Part shown: positions 1 through 8,206 of the stretch, one piece after another
How the letters are laid out: each line of letters opens with the position of its first letter
Position numbering within the stretch: the first letter of the stretch is position 1
Assembly (NCBI GenBank): GCA_019057635.1
Contig: DXJL01000139.1
Span: 1 to 20,331, forward strand
Direction of reading: 5' to 3'
DNA: 20,331 bases
DNA from: Candidatus Heimdallarchaeota archaeon
Lineage (GTDB): Archaea > Asgardarchaeota > Heimdallarchaeia > Hodarchaeales > Hodarchaeaceae
The notes under the pieces: model-generated
The model's database searches: none
Seen by the model: only the letters and a program-made list of their open reading frames with translations
What the model was told of the DNA's origin: nothing
Program-made: the position numbers and the translations under genes

Positions 1-1
1 A

Positions 2-379
2 GAAAAGCCTATACCATTAGGGCAAGTATATGAATTCCTTCAGTTGAGGGAAGAATCAGGTATTAATTATGTTCAACGTGTTACTGCACAACACGCAGAA
101 AATCTCTCAAGAGACGCTGCATATTCTGAAGAAGTCTTGGAAATGTTACAATCTGAGTTTGATTTAACAAGATTATTAGCTGTTCAAATAGTCAATTTAA
201 ATCCTAAAACCGCAACTGATGTAAAAGCGGTAACTAGAGATCGTTTAACTGATGATCAAGTTGAGCAACTATTGGAACGGTATTCAGGATTTGTTTTAAA
301 AGTTAAAGCAACAATGGAAGAGAGAAAAAGCGAAGAAGAAGAACCTACTGAAATTGACGAGATCTTTGAAGATCTATAG
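2..379 (+). CDS. rpoF: DNA-directed RNA polymerase subunit F (Rpo4), 5'-truncated by the window edge
   Basis: The frame is open from base 2 (EKPIPLGQVYEFLQLREESGINYVQRVTAQHAENLS...LAVQIVNLNPKTATDVKAV), matching the Rpo4/RPB4 pattern. The true start lies upstream of the window. Acidic C-terminal tail. Confidence 0.8.
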   Translation, partial: EKPIPLGQVYEFLQLREESGINYVQRVTAQHAENLSRDAAYSEEVLEMLQSEFDLTRLLAVQIVNLNPKTATDVKAVTRDRLTDDQVEQLLERYSGFVLKVKATMEERKSEEEEPTEIDEIFEDL

Positions 380-617
380 ATTTTCAATATTATTAAGTAT
401 CTCACCTTGTGTTCACTTTTAGATATTTATTTTTACTCGAATAGTAGATAGAGCTATTCAAAGAGTTCGAGTACATAATTTAGCCGCCAATGAGGCATTC
501 TCTTAGATTTAATTGATCTTACACCAGAAAAATTTAAATCGTTTAGAAGTTTAGATTGAAACGTGGCAAACTCATTAGACAGTGAATTAAAAAAGGGACG
601 TGGTCTAGATTGGTTTT

Positions 618-647
618 AATCGTATTTTTATTAAATACGTTGACCAA
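618..647 (+). other. tRNA-Pro D-loop intron (about position 20/21-21/22; boundaries +/-2 nt)
   Basis: About 30 extra nt between the D-loop GG and the 3' D-stem strand (ATGAT). Internal hairpin CGTATTT/AAATACG, and TTGGT(610-614)/ACCAA(643-647) pairing gives a relaxed BHB/BHL motif. Confidence 0.75.
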
Positions 648-686
648 ATGATTCTTGGTTCGGGACCAAGAGGCCGGGGGTTCAAA

Positions 687-717
687 ATCAGACAAGCAGG
701 AGGCTTTCTCATGAAAA
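687..717 (+). other. tRNA-Pro T-loop intron (59/60), 31 nt
   Basis: Canonical BHB: central helix TTCA(681-684)/TGAA(712-715), 3-nt bulges AAA(685-687) and AAT(716-718). Splicing restores the T-loop TTCAAAT. Confidence 0.9.
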
Positions 718-767
718 TCCCCCCGTCCCTATCTATTCACTTTAATCCGAGATTGAGATGAAATGTA

Positions 768-1310
768 CTGAAATCAATCCCCACTTATTCACAATGCTTA
801 CAGCTTCTATTTCAATTTTCAGTACCTAATAGAGTAATCACCCATTTATTCCTAACAACACAAACTGCTATGAAAATCACAAGAGCACTGAAAGCCCAGA
901 ATTATATAATCGACTGTAATCTGGTTTTAGCTGGGGCCATGCTTCATGATATTGGAAGATCACGATCACATAAGCTCGATCACGGGATAATAGGCGGAAA
1001 GCTCTTAAAAGAAGAAAGTTTTACAGCAGAACTAATAAGCATTATAGAAAATCATGTTTTTGCTGGTATTTCAAAAGAAGAAGCATTAGAATTCAATCTT
1101 CCAAATAGAGATTTTCTACCCCACTCATTAGAAGAGAAAGTAGTGGCTTATTCGGATAATATCTCAAAAGGCAACGCAATATTATCAACAGAACAGGTCA
1201 TTATACGATATTCTCGCCATTTAGATGAAAAACATTCAATTATTCAACGAGTTTGGGATTTACATAACGAAATTGAATCATTACTTGTCACCCAAGTAAA
1301 AAAGGGATAA
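768..1310 (+). CDS. HD-domain (HDIG) metal-dependent phosphohydrolase, TIGR00295-like; probable CTG start
   Basis: LHDIGRS and YSD motifs, plus LEEKVVAYSDN. The frame is open upstream of ATG870 to a TGA at 759 and encodes IPTYSQCLQLL...VITH, containing the first conserved His. CTG768 is the most plausible start. Confidence 0.8.
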   Translation: MKSIPTYSQCLQLLFQFSVPNRVITHLFLTTQTAMKITRALKAQNYIIDCNLVLAGAMLHDIGRSRSHKLDHGIIGGKLLKEESFTAELISIIENHVFAGISKEEALEFNLPNRDFLPHSLEEKVVAYSDNISKGNAILSTEQVIIRYSRHLDEKHSIIQRVWDLHNEIESLLVTQVKKG

Positions 1311-1312
1311 TT

Positions 1313-2308
1313 GTGACTGATCATAAAAACATAGAGGAGTTTATTTCATGGTTAAGGAAGAATAATAAGTCAATTATTCTTGCAATGCATAATCAGGCCG
1401 ATCCTGATGCTGTTGGATCTGCTATAGCTTTGATTCATTTAATAAAATACATAAATCCCCAGATAGAAGTTTCTGTTTATGATCCTGACCTTAGTGGACT
1501 CAGTCAGAAATTACTCCTCCATCTCGACTATGAATTACCAATAGTTTCAGAGTATGATATTTCTACACTCCTAATTCTTCTTGATAATCCATCTATCCCT
1601 CTTAAACTCAACCAACCAGAAAGAAAAAAAATTATTATTGATCATCATGTCAAACAGGAGATCAAAACCAAATTACTATTTGATATTCGGAAGAGGAAGG
1701 TTACATCGACTGCAGAAATCATTGTACTGATCTATCAGATTGGAAATATCCCTCTAAATGCAATTAGTGTTAAAAGTCTTCTTGCAGGGATTATTTTTGA
1801 TACTAGACGATTCCTTTATGTGAAGAATGAGCTTTTCAACAAAATAATATACTTATTACAGGACTACCCAACTGCTTACAGGGAACTACTACCTCTTTTC
1901 ACATCTACAAGGTCTCTTGATGAGCGTATTGCATGTATCAAAGCAGCACAACGAATGAAAAGAGTAGAAATAAAAAAATTTCAAATCTTGCTTTCTCACG
2001 TTAGTTCTTTTGAAGCTGCTGCAGCTAGGTCATTAATTTCTCTTGGAGGGGATCTATCAATTGTGGTAGCCAGGCTTTCAGATCATTCTCGAATAAGCCT
2101 TCGTGCGACATCCGAGTTTACAAAAACAACAAATATTTCCTTGGGACGAGATATCATCCCTCTTCTCATTGAGAGATTTGAAGGAACTGGTGGAGGTCAT
2201 GATGGAGCTGCAGGATACAATTCTTCAACACGAATGGATCTAAAATTAGTATTTGATTTTCTCTTACACAATCTTACAGATCTGATTAAGAAAAATGAAG
2301 AAAACTAG
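1313..2308 (+). CDS. DHH/DHHA1-family phosphoesterase (NrnA-like)
   Basis: HNQADPDAVGS, IIDHH, GIIFDT and C-terminal GGGHDGAAG motifs. GTG start 2 nt after the HD gene stop. Confidence 0.88.
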   Translation: MTDHKNIEEFISWLRKNNKSIILAMHNQADPDAVGSAIALIHLIKYINPQIEVSVYDPDLSGLSQKLLLHLDYELPIVSEYDISTLLILLDNPSIPLKLNQPERKKIIIDHHVKQEIKTKLLFDIRKRKVTSTAEIIVLIYQIGNIPLNAISVKSLLAGIIFDTRRFLYVKNELFNKIIYLLQDYPTAYRELLPLFTSTRSLDERIACIKAAQRMKRVEIKKFQILLSHVSSFEAAAARSLISLGGDLSIVVARLSDHSRISLRATSEFTKTTNISLGRDIIPLLIERFEGTGGGHDGAAGYNSSTRMDLKLVFDFLLHNLTDLIKKNEEN

Positions 2309-2330
2309 AACTTTTTTACTTTAAGGCATA

Positions 2331-2639
2331 TTAGATAAGCCACTCTGTTCGGAGGGGCTCAAATTCTTTGTTAGATACCTCGTACTTATCGTAGCTGTTT
2401 TTTTTTATTGCTATCTTAACAGCGAGGCTGTGCTTACACTGAAAGTAAGGATCTTTATAATAGCCTCTTTGAAATGCATAACATCTACACCAGACGGGTG
2501 TAACTAAATTCAAATAATCACGTGAAGTTCCAACAACCACCCACCGCTCACTATGACCATCAATTACATATTTTTTCACAGAATTTCGTTCAACAAGTCT
2601 TTTAGCTGCTTCTAATCGCTTAGTAAACGAAATGGACAA
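2331..2639 (-). CDS. Small SWIM zinc-finger protein
   Basis: CxC...CxH pattern (WCRCYAFQRG...QCKHSLAV) preceded by WVVVG...DY. Confidence 0.8.
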   Translation of the reverse strand: MSISFTKRLEAAKRLVERNSVKKYVIDGHSERWVVVGTSRDYLNLVTPVWCRCYAFQRGYYKDPYFQCKHSLAVKIAIKKNSYDKYEVSNKEFEPLRTEWLI

Positions 2640-3224
2640 CTAAATCTTCACCTGTTTAAGAATGAATTCCAATGCTGATAAAAAATTTGTCTTGTTTTCC
2701 AAATCACTTTTTAATTCCTTATCACGAGCATTAAAATCATCTTCTGCGAGTTCTTCAACATCTCTTCTAACAGTAAGCTCTTCAATTTGAAATTTCAACA
2801 CTTGGATTAACGGTTGGGTTTGTTGTCTCGCAATTTCCATTTTTTTCAGAAATACACTCAAATCCTGTGTTAATTTATTGAATTCTGTTAGGTATTCATC
2901 TTTTAAAGCTTGATAAACTTCTACCTGAATCGTCTTCCGTTTTTGATCAAGTTTTTCAAATCTTTCCTTGAGAATGGTCTGATTTTTAAAGTTCTCTATT
3001 AAAAGATTCGTCTCATCACTTGATTCACTCTTTTCCCTTTTTAGAGAAGATATTTCTTGTTTTAATTTCTCAATTTCTGTTTGTTTGTCAATTCCTTCAA
3101 TTTCTGTTTTAACAAGTAAAAGCTCATGTTCCTCTTGCAACTTAGATACTCTACTTTCTGATTTAAATTGCTCTGCTAGTTTGATAATAGCATCAGGGGT
3201 GAGATCTCCAATATTAGGTACCAA
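2640..3224 (-). CDS. Coiled-coil protein, CdvA-like
   Basis: Heptad-rich. Two helical-hairpin repeats (LDQKRKTIQVEVYQALKDEY; EELTVRRDVEELAEDDF) resemble the CdvA coiled-coil domain. Recognised by eye only. Confidence 0.5.
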   Translation of the reverse strand: MVPNIGDLTPDAIIKLAEQFKSESRVSKLQEEHELLLVKTEIEGIDKQTEIEKLKQEISSLKREKSESSDETNLLIENFKNQTILKERFEKLDQKRKTIQVEVYQALKDEYLTEFNKLTQDLSVFLKKMEIARQQTQPLIQVLKFQIEELTVRRDVEELAEDDFNARDKELKSDLENKTNFLSALEFILKQVKI

Positions 3225-3582
3225 AATTTTCTGCTCCTACTTAAACATCAAGATTAATTTTCAGGTAAAAGATCGCCAGATAAAATATAATACTTTCCTT
3301 AGAGGATCTAATGAAATTTCTCAAACAAGTCTAATCAGTTTTAAAATTGTTAAATGTCTGGAAAGTTTGGTAAATAAACTTAAAGATGGATTGGTAAATA
3401 ATGATAGATTGATTCGTCTTAGAATGAAAATTTGGATTGATTTTCGATTTTTAAGAGTAGGGTGGAACAATGTGATGTTAGTTTTTGAACTACGTCAGGT
3501 CGAAGAAAAAAAATCTTAAGACCCATAAATTGTGAACGGTTAGACTAAGGATTGATAAACAATCCCACAAGAAGGTTTGATT

Positions 3583-5367
3583 ATGTCACCAAATGCTCAA
3601 ATTGGAAAAATTACCAGGATTTCTGGCCCTGTCGTTGAAATTAGAGGGCTGAATAGCGCCAAATTGTATGAGATTGTAAAAGTTGGCGATGAACAGTTAA
3701 TTGGTGAAATTATTCGAATCAATCGAACTGAGTCAGATCATATCTCTACCGTTCAAGTTTATGAAGAAACCACAGGATTAAAACCCCGAGAACAAGCTTT
3801 CTCCACAGGGAATCCGTTAAGTGCAGAATTAGGTCCGGGATTACTAACGAAGATTTATGATGGTATTCAAAGACCGCTACCTGCATTAGAAGTTATAGCT
3901 GGTAATTTTATTACACGAGGTATTTCAACCACACCTTTAGATGAACAAAAAAAGTGGGAATTCATTCCTATTCTAGAAAATGGTGCTAAAATTTCTGGAG
4001 GATCCCATATTGGTGAAGTAAAGGAATCTAACGTTGTTACCCATAAAATAATGGTGCCCCCTGATATTAAATTAGGTACCCTTTCAAATCTTGCTGATCG
4101 AGGTAATTATACAATTATAGATGAAATCGGGCGGGTCAAAATCAATGGGAGTACCATTCCTCTCACTATGAAGCAATTGTGGCCAGTTAGAAGGCCAAGG
4201 CCTGTAATTCGAAAACTGGAAGCCACAATCCCTTTAATTACTGGACAACGCATATTTGACACGTTCTTCCCTATTGCCAAAGGTGGAGTGGCTGCAATTC
4301 CTGGAGGCTTTGGTACAGGAAAAACTGTTTCCCAACATCAGCTAGCTAAATGGTCTGATGCAACAATAGTTGTGTATGTTGGTTGTGGTGAACGTGGAAA
4401 TGAGATGGCTGAGGTATTAAAAGAATTTCCATCATTAGAAGATCCAAGAACTGGTGAAGAACTCATGAAGCGTACTGTTCTCATCGCAAATACTTCTAAT
4501 ATGCCTGTCGCTGCACGGGAGGCATCGGTATATTTGGGAATTACACTTGCGGAATACTATCGGGATATGGGTTTTGATGTTGCATTAATGGCTGATTCCA
4601 CAAGTCGATGGGCAGAGGCACTAAGAGAAATTTCGGGTCGATTGGAAGAAATGCCTGGTGAAGAGGGATATCCTGCTTATCTAGCATCACGAATTGCAGA
4701 GTTTTATGAGCGTGCAGGAAGAGCAGAAACATTATCTGGTCATACTGCAAGTATCTCCGCTATTGGAGCTGTATCACCTGGAGGGGGAGATTTTTCAGAA
4801 CCAGTTACTCAGAATACACTAAAAACTGTACGTGTTTTCTGGGCTTTGAGCTATCCTTTAGCTAGATCAAGGCACTTCCCGGCAATTTCTTGGTTGGAGA
4901 GCTATAGCTTATACATTGATTCTCTGTCAAATTGGTATCAAAATAATGTTTCAAAGGATTTCATACAGCTACGTGAAGAAGCAATGACTTTATTACAGAA
5001 AGAAAAAGAACTTCAAGAAATTGTTCAACTAATTGGGCCTGATGCTCTCCCAGATTCAGAGAAAATTGTTCTATTATCCGCGAAAATGATTCGAGAAGAC
5101 TTCCTCCAGCAAAATGCTTATTCAGATGATTCTTTCTGTCCTCTGGAAAAGCAATATGATATATTAAAACTGATTATGCAATTTTATTACAAAATACGTG
5201 ATAACTATAATGATGGCGTTCCTTTTGAGAAAATGACTTCATTACCAGTATTAAATGACATAGCAAAATTAAAATGGGCATTTGATGACGAATTCAAAAA
5301 AACTTACGAAACATGCAACAACTATATTCAAAATAAAATGGAACCTGATATCCTGGGGTTCGATTAG
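3583..5367 (+). CDS. atpA: A/V-type ATP synthase catalytic subunit A
   Basis: P-loop GGFGTGKT, GCGERGNEM, ANTSNMPVAAREAS, GEEGYPAYL. GAAGG lies upstream of ATG3583 (alternative start TTG3577). No intein (about 594 aa). Confidence 0.97.
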   Translation: MSPNAQIGKITRISGPVVEIRGLNSAKLYEIVKVGDEQLIGEIIRINRTESDHISTVQVYEETTGLKPREQAFSTGNPLSAELGPGLLTKIYDGIQRPLPALEVIAGNFITRGISTTPLDEQKKWEFIPILENGAKISGGSHIGEVKESNVVTHKIMVPPDIKLGTLSNLADRGNYTIIDEIGRVKINGSTIPLTMKQLWPVRRPRPVIRKLEATIPLITGQRIFDTFFPIAKGGVAAIPGGFGTGKTVSQHQLAKWSDATIVVYVGCGERGNEMAEVLKEFPSLEDPRTGEELMKRTVLIANTSNMPVAAREASVYLGITLAEYYRDMGFDVALMADSTSRWAEALREISGRLEEMPGEEGYPAYLASRIAEFYERAGRAETLSGHTASISAIGAVSPGGGDFSEPVTQNTLKTVRVFWALSYPLARSRHFPAISWLESYSLYIDSLSNWYQNNVSKDFIQLREEAMTLLQKEKELQEIVQLIGPDALPDSEKIVLLSAKMIREDFLQQNAYSDDSFCPLEKQYDILKLIMQFYYKIRDNYNDGVPFEKMTSLPVLNDIAKLKWAFDDEFKKTYETCNNYIQNKMEPDILGFD

Positions 5368-5370
5368 GAC

Positions 5371-6003
5371 ATGTTTCCTCTTGCGAAAGGACATGTACAA
5401 ATCACATTGGCATTAACGACATTACTTCCCATAGTTTTCTTTTATTCTCTTCTATACAATTGGTTAATCTTCTTAATTCCATTTAATGTACTGTTATTAG
5501 CAGGCCATCTCTATTTTTTCCGTGATCCAGCGAGAAATACCTTAAAACTTACTAATAATCTATTAGCTCCTGCTGATGGTAAAGTATATGAGATCTTACC
5601 GGAAGAAGGAATTATTAGGATACGAATGTCCTTATTCGATGTTCATGTTAACCGCTGGCCCGTATCAGGTAGAGTAACCGAAATTACCACTAAATCTGGT
5701 AAACACTGGCCTTTCCTTCCATTTATTCGTCGAGGAACGGATGAAAATTCAAAGAAAACAGTTAGTTTGACAAATGAATTTGGAACGTATCAAATCGTTC
5801 AAATTGTGGGTATGATTGCGCGACGATGTGTTATATACGCGAAGGAGAATGAGAATGTTGATCAGGGTGAACGAATGGGAATGATTCGTTATGGGAGTGA
5901 GGTAGATATTCACTTTCCGAGAGAGAAGTACGACATTGTAGTTCAAGAGAAAGATAGAACTCAGGCGGGAAAAACTGTTCTTGCACAAACTAGGAAAGGT
6001 TAG
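5371..6003 (+). CDS. psd: Phosphatidylserine/archaetidylserine decarboxylase proenzyme
   Basis: N-terminal TM segment, FFRDP, APADG, DVHVNRWP, and the self-cleavage motif YGSEVD (G|S pyruvoyl site). Confidence 0.9.
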   Translation: MFPLAKGHVQITLALTTLLPIVFFYSLLYNWLIFLIPFNVLLLAGHLYFFRDPARNTLKLTNNLLAPADGKVYEILPEEGIIRIRMSLFDVHVNRWPVSGRVTEITTKSGKHWPFLPFIRRGTDENSKKTVSLTNEFGTYQIVQIVGMIARRCVIYAKENENVDQGERMGMIRYGSEVDIHFPREKYDIVVQEKDRTQAGKTVLAQTRKG

Positions 6004-6011
6004 AATCCATT

Positions 6012-6743
6012 ATGACTCCTCTCAACAAGTATGCATTAGCTGCTCACATTTTCACACTTTCTAATGCCCTTGCAGGAATTATAGGGATAATTATTGCCGT
6101 TAATTATCCTGAAACGTTACCATTTGTCCCTTTACAATTAATAATTCTTGGAGCAATATTTGATTTTCTTGATGGATTCATGGCAAAGCGAGCACCGACA
6201 ACATCGACCTTTGGAGTGTATGCAGATTCAGTAAGTGATGTTCTCACCTTTGCCATCTTACCCGGGATTATGATTCTTCAAACCAACGTTATTGGTACGA
6301 ATGAACAAGGAATTTTTGGGTTAACCCCTTTATTTATCGCTGGTTTTTACACGATTAGTGGTTGGATCAGATTAATTCGTTTTGCGACGAACCCAACCTC
6401 CATCTATTATGAAGGCCTCCCTTCCCCTGCGGCGGCTTTGTTAATAGGGACTAGTGCGACGTTAGCTACATTACAAGATGCAGCATGGCTTTTTGCTGAA
6501 GATGGATTAATACTGTCTCTTTTAACGATAATGACTGGTTTTCTTATGATAGAAATTGTCCATTATCCTTCACCGAAAAGGGGACAACTTTCAGACACAA
6601 CATTAATTATTTTCGCAGGCCTTGTAGTCATTAGTTATGTATTTTTTCCAAATATTCTCACTTTGAGTATGATCTTATTTATTTCTCTACTCTATACGAT
6701 ATTTGGATCCATTTACCTTTATAGCACAAAAAAATCGGAATAA
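6012..6743 (+). CDS. pssA: CDP-alcohol phosphatidyltransferase, probable (archaetidyl/phosphatidyl)serine synthase
   Basis: DxxDGxxAxx...GxxxDxxxD motif (DFLDGFMAKR...FGVYADSVSD), RLIRF, EGLPSP, multiple TM helices, adjacent to psd. Confidence 0.85.
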   Translation: MTPLNKYALAAHIFTLSNALAGIIGIIIAVNYPETLPFVPLQLIILGAIFDFLDGFMAKRAPTTSTFGVYADSVSDVLTFAILPGIMILQTNVIGTNEQGIFGLTPLFIAGFYTISGWIRLIRFATNPTSIYYEGLPSPAAALLIGTSATLATLQDAAWLFAEDGLILSLLTIMTGFLMIEIVHYPSPKRGQLSDTTLIIFAGLVVISYVFFPNILTLSMILFISLLYTIFGSIYLYSTKKSE

Positions 6744-6769
6744 ATTTACCTTTATTGAAGGTTTCACAG

Positions 6770-8113
6770 ATGGAAATTCAAACAGAAAAAGGAAAAAATT
6801 TTGAAATAAGAGATACTTCCTTAGCTGAAGCTGGAAGAAAAAATATGGACTGGGCAGAAAGCCGAATGCCAGTCCTGAAACTGATAAAAGAGCGTTTTGA
6901 AAAAGAAAAACCCCTGAAAGGAGTAAGAATTGGAGCTTGTCTTCATGTTACCAAAGAAACATCTCAGCTTTGTGATGCTTGGCTTGCTGGAGGGGCTGAA
7001 GTATATCTGTGTGCCTCCAATCCTCTTTCCACACAGGATGAAATACCTGCCGCCTTAGTGGAGAAAGGAGTTCATGTGTATGCCTGGAAATTTATGGACT
7101 CCGAAGGTTATTACCGATCGATAGGCAATGTCATTGCTGCTCGGCCCCATATTACAATTGATGACGGAGCTGACTTGGTAAGTATTTTACATAAGCTTAA
7201 ACGTGGAGAAACGGATTCAGAGATTGAATTAGTTAAACAAGTAATCGGAGATTCTAAGGATATAATTGATGAAGTTTGGGGTGGAGCTGAAGAAACAACG
7301 ACAGGAATCATACGTCTCGAATCGATGGCTAAAGAAAGGGCTCTTTTATACCCAATAATGGCGACCAATTCCTCTCCCTGTAAAAATCTTTACGATAATG
7401 TATATGGTACAGGACAATCCACAATTGATGGAATTCTACGCGCTACTGCGGATTTAATTGCATCCAAAGTATTTGTAGTGGCGGGATATGGCCATTGTGG
7501 AAAAGGCGTGGCTATGAGAGCAAAGGGAATGGGAGCACGAAGAGTTATAATAACTGAGATTGAACCCCATGCAGCATTACAGGCAGTTATGGAAGGAATG
7601 GAAGTTATGCCAATGTTAGAAGCAAGTAAAATTGCTGATATAATTGTCACAACAACAGGAAATAGAGATGTTCTGAGTAAAGAGCATTTTAAAGTAATGA
7701 AAAATGAATGTCTAATCGCAAATTCAGGGCATTTCAATGTAGAAATCAATATTCCAGATCTAGAAGATCTCTCGGTAAAAAAGATTCAGATTCGACCGTT
7801 TGTAGAACAATTCGTTTTACCTGATAATAGACGAATCAATTTACTTGGTGAAGGAAGATTGATTAACTTAGCGGCGGCAGAAGGTCACAGCTCAGAGGTC
7901 ATGGATTTAAGCTTCTCTTTACAGGCTTTAGCAAGTGAACAAATTGTTAAGAATAAAGATAATATGGCAAAAATAGGTGGAAAAGTTCTTGAGATTCCCC
8001 CAGATATCGATAAAAATGTTGCTATCCTCAAATGTGAGGCCTTAGGGATAATTCTCGATGCATTAACTCCTATTCAAGAAAAATATTTAGCAAGCTGGAA
8101 AACAGGGACTTAA
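6770..8113 (+). CDS. ahcY: S-adenosylhomocysteine hydrolase (adenosylhomocysteinase)
   Basis: CLHVTKET, SNPLSTQD, EETTTG, DNVYGTGQS, NAD-binding GYGHCGKG, GHF. GAAGGT precedes ATG6770 (alternative start TTG6755). Confidence 0.96.
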   Translation: MEIQTEKGKNFEIRDTSLAEAGRKNMDWAESRMPVLKLIKERFEKEKPLKGVRIGACLHVTKETSQLCDAWLAGGAEVYLCASNPLSTQDEIPAALVEKGVHVYAWKFMDSEGYYRSIGNVIAARPHITIDDGADLVSILHKLKRGETDSEIELVKQVIGDSKDIIDEVWGGAEETTTGIIRLESMAKERALLYPIMATNSSPCKNLYDNVYGTGQSTIDGILRATADLIASKVFVVAGYGHCGKGVAMRAKGMGARRVIITEIEPHAALQAVMEGMEVMPMLEASKIADIIVTTTGNRDVLSKEHFKVMKNECLIANSGHFNVEINIPDLEDLSVKKIQIRPFVEQFVLPDNRRINLLGEGRLINLAAAEGHSSEVMDLSFSLQALASEQIVKNKDNMAKIGGKVLEIPPDIDKNVAILKCEALGIILDALTPIQEKYLASWKTGT

Positions 8114-8206
8114 TTAATTTCTGAAGAGCTGCAATATTATTTTTCCTCTAAACACCCACAGATAAGCCCTTTCTAAGCAGAAGAAACAAAGTAAAGAGAT
8201 TCAGCT

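Larger units (their letters stand above)
594..731 (+). tRNA. tRNA-Pro(CGG) with two introns (D-loop and T-loop)
   Basis: Acceptor stem AGGGACG(594-600)/CGTCCCT(724-730), discriminator A731. Anticodon stem CTTGG/CCAAG with loop TT-CGG-GA (CGG at 661-663). T-stem GGGGG(676-680)/CCCCC(719-723). No encoded CCA. Confidence 0.92.

Noticed and set aside
434-473. Inverted repeat TACTCGAA/TTCGAGTA between rpoF and tRNA-Pro
   Set aside because: Short, with no other support. Sharing TACTCGAA with 17230-17237 may be chance; at most a terminator-associated stem.
3085-3519. 144-aa plus-strand ORF
   Set aside because: Overlaps the CdvA-like gene in antisense and runs through AT-rich promoter DNA; no recognisable motifs.
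4541-7749. Minus-strand ORFs 4541-4750, 5749-5988, 7111-7368, 7390-7749
   Set aside because: Antisense shadows of atpA, psd and ahcY.
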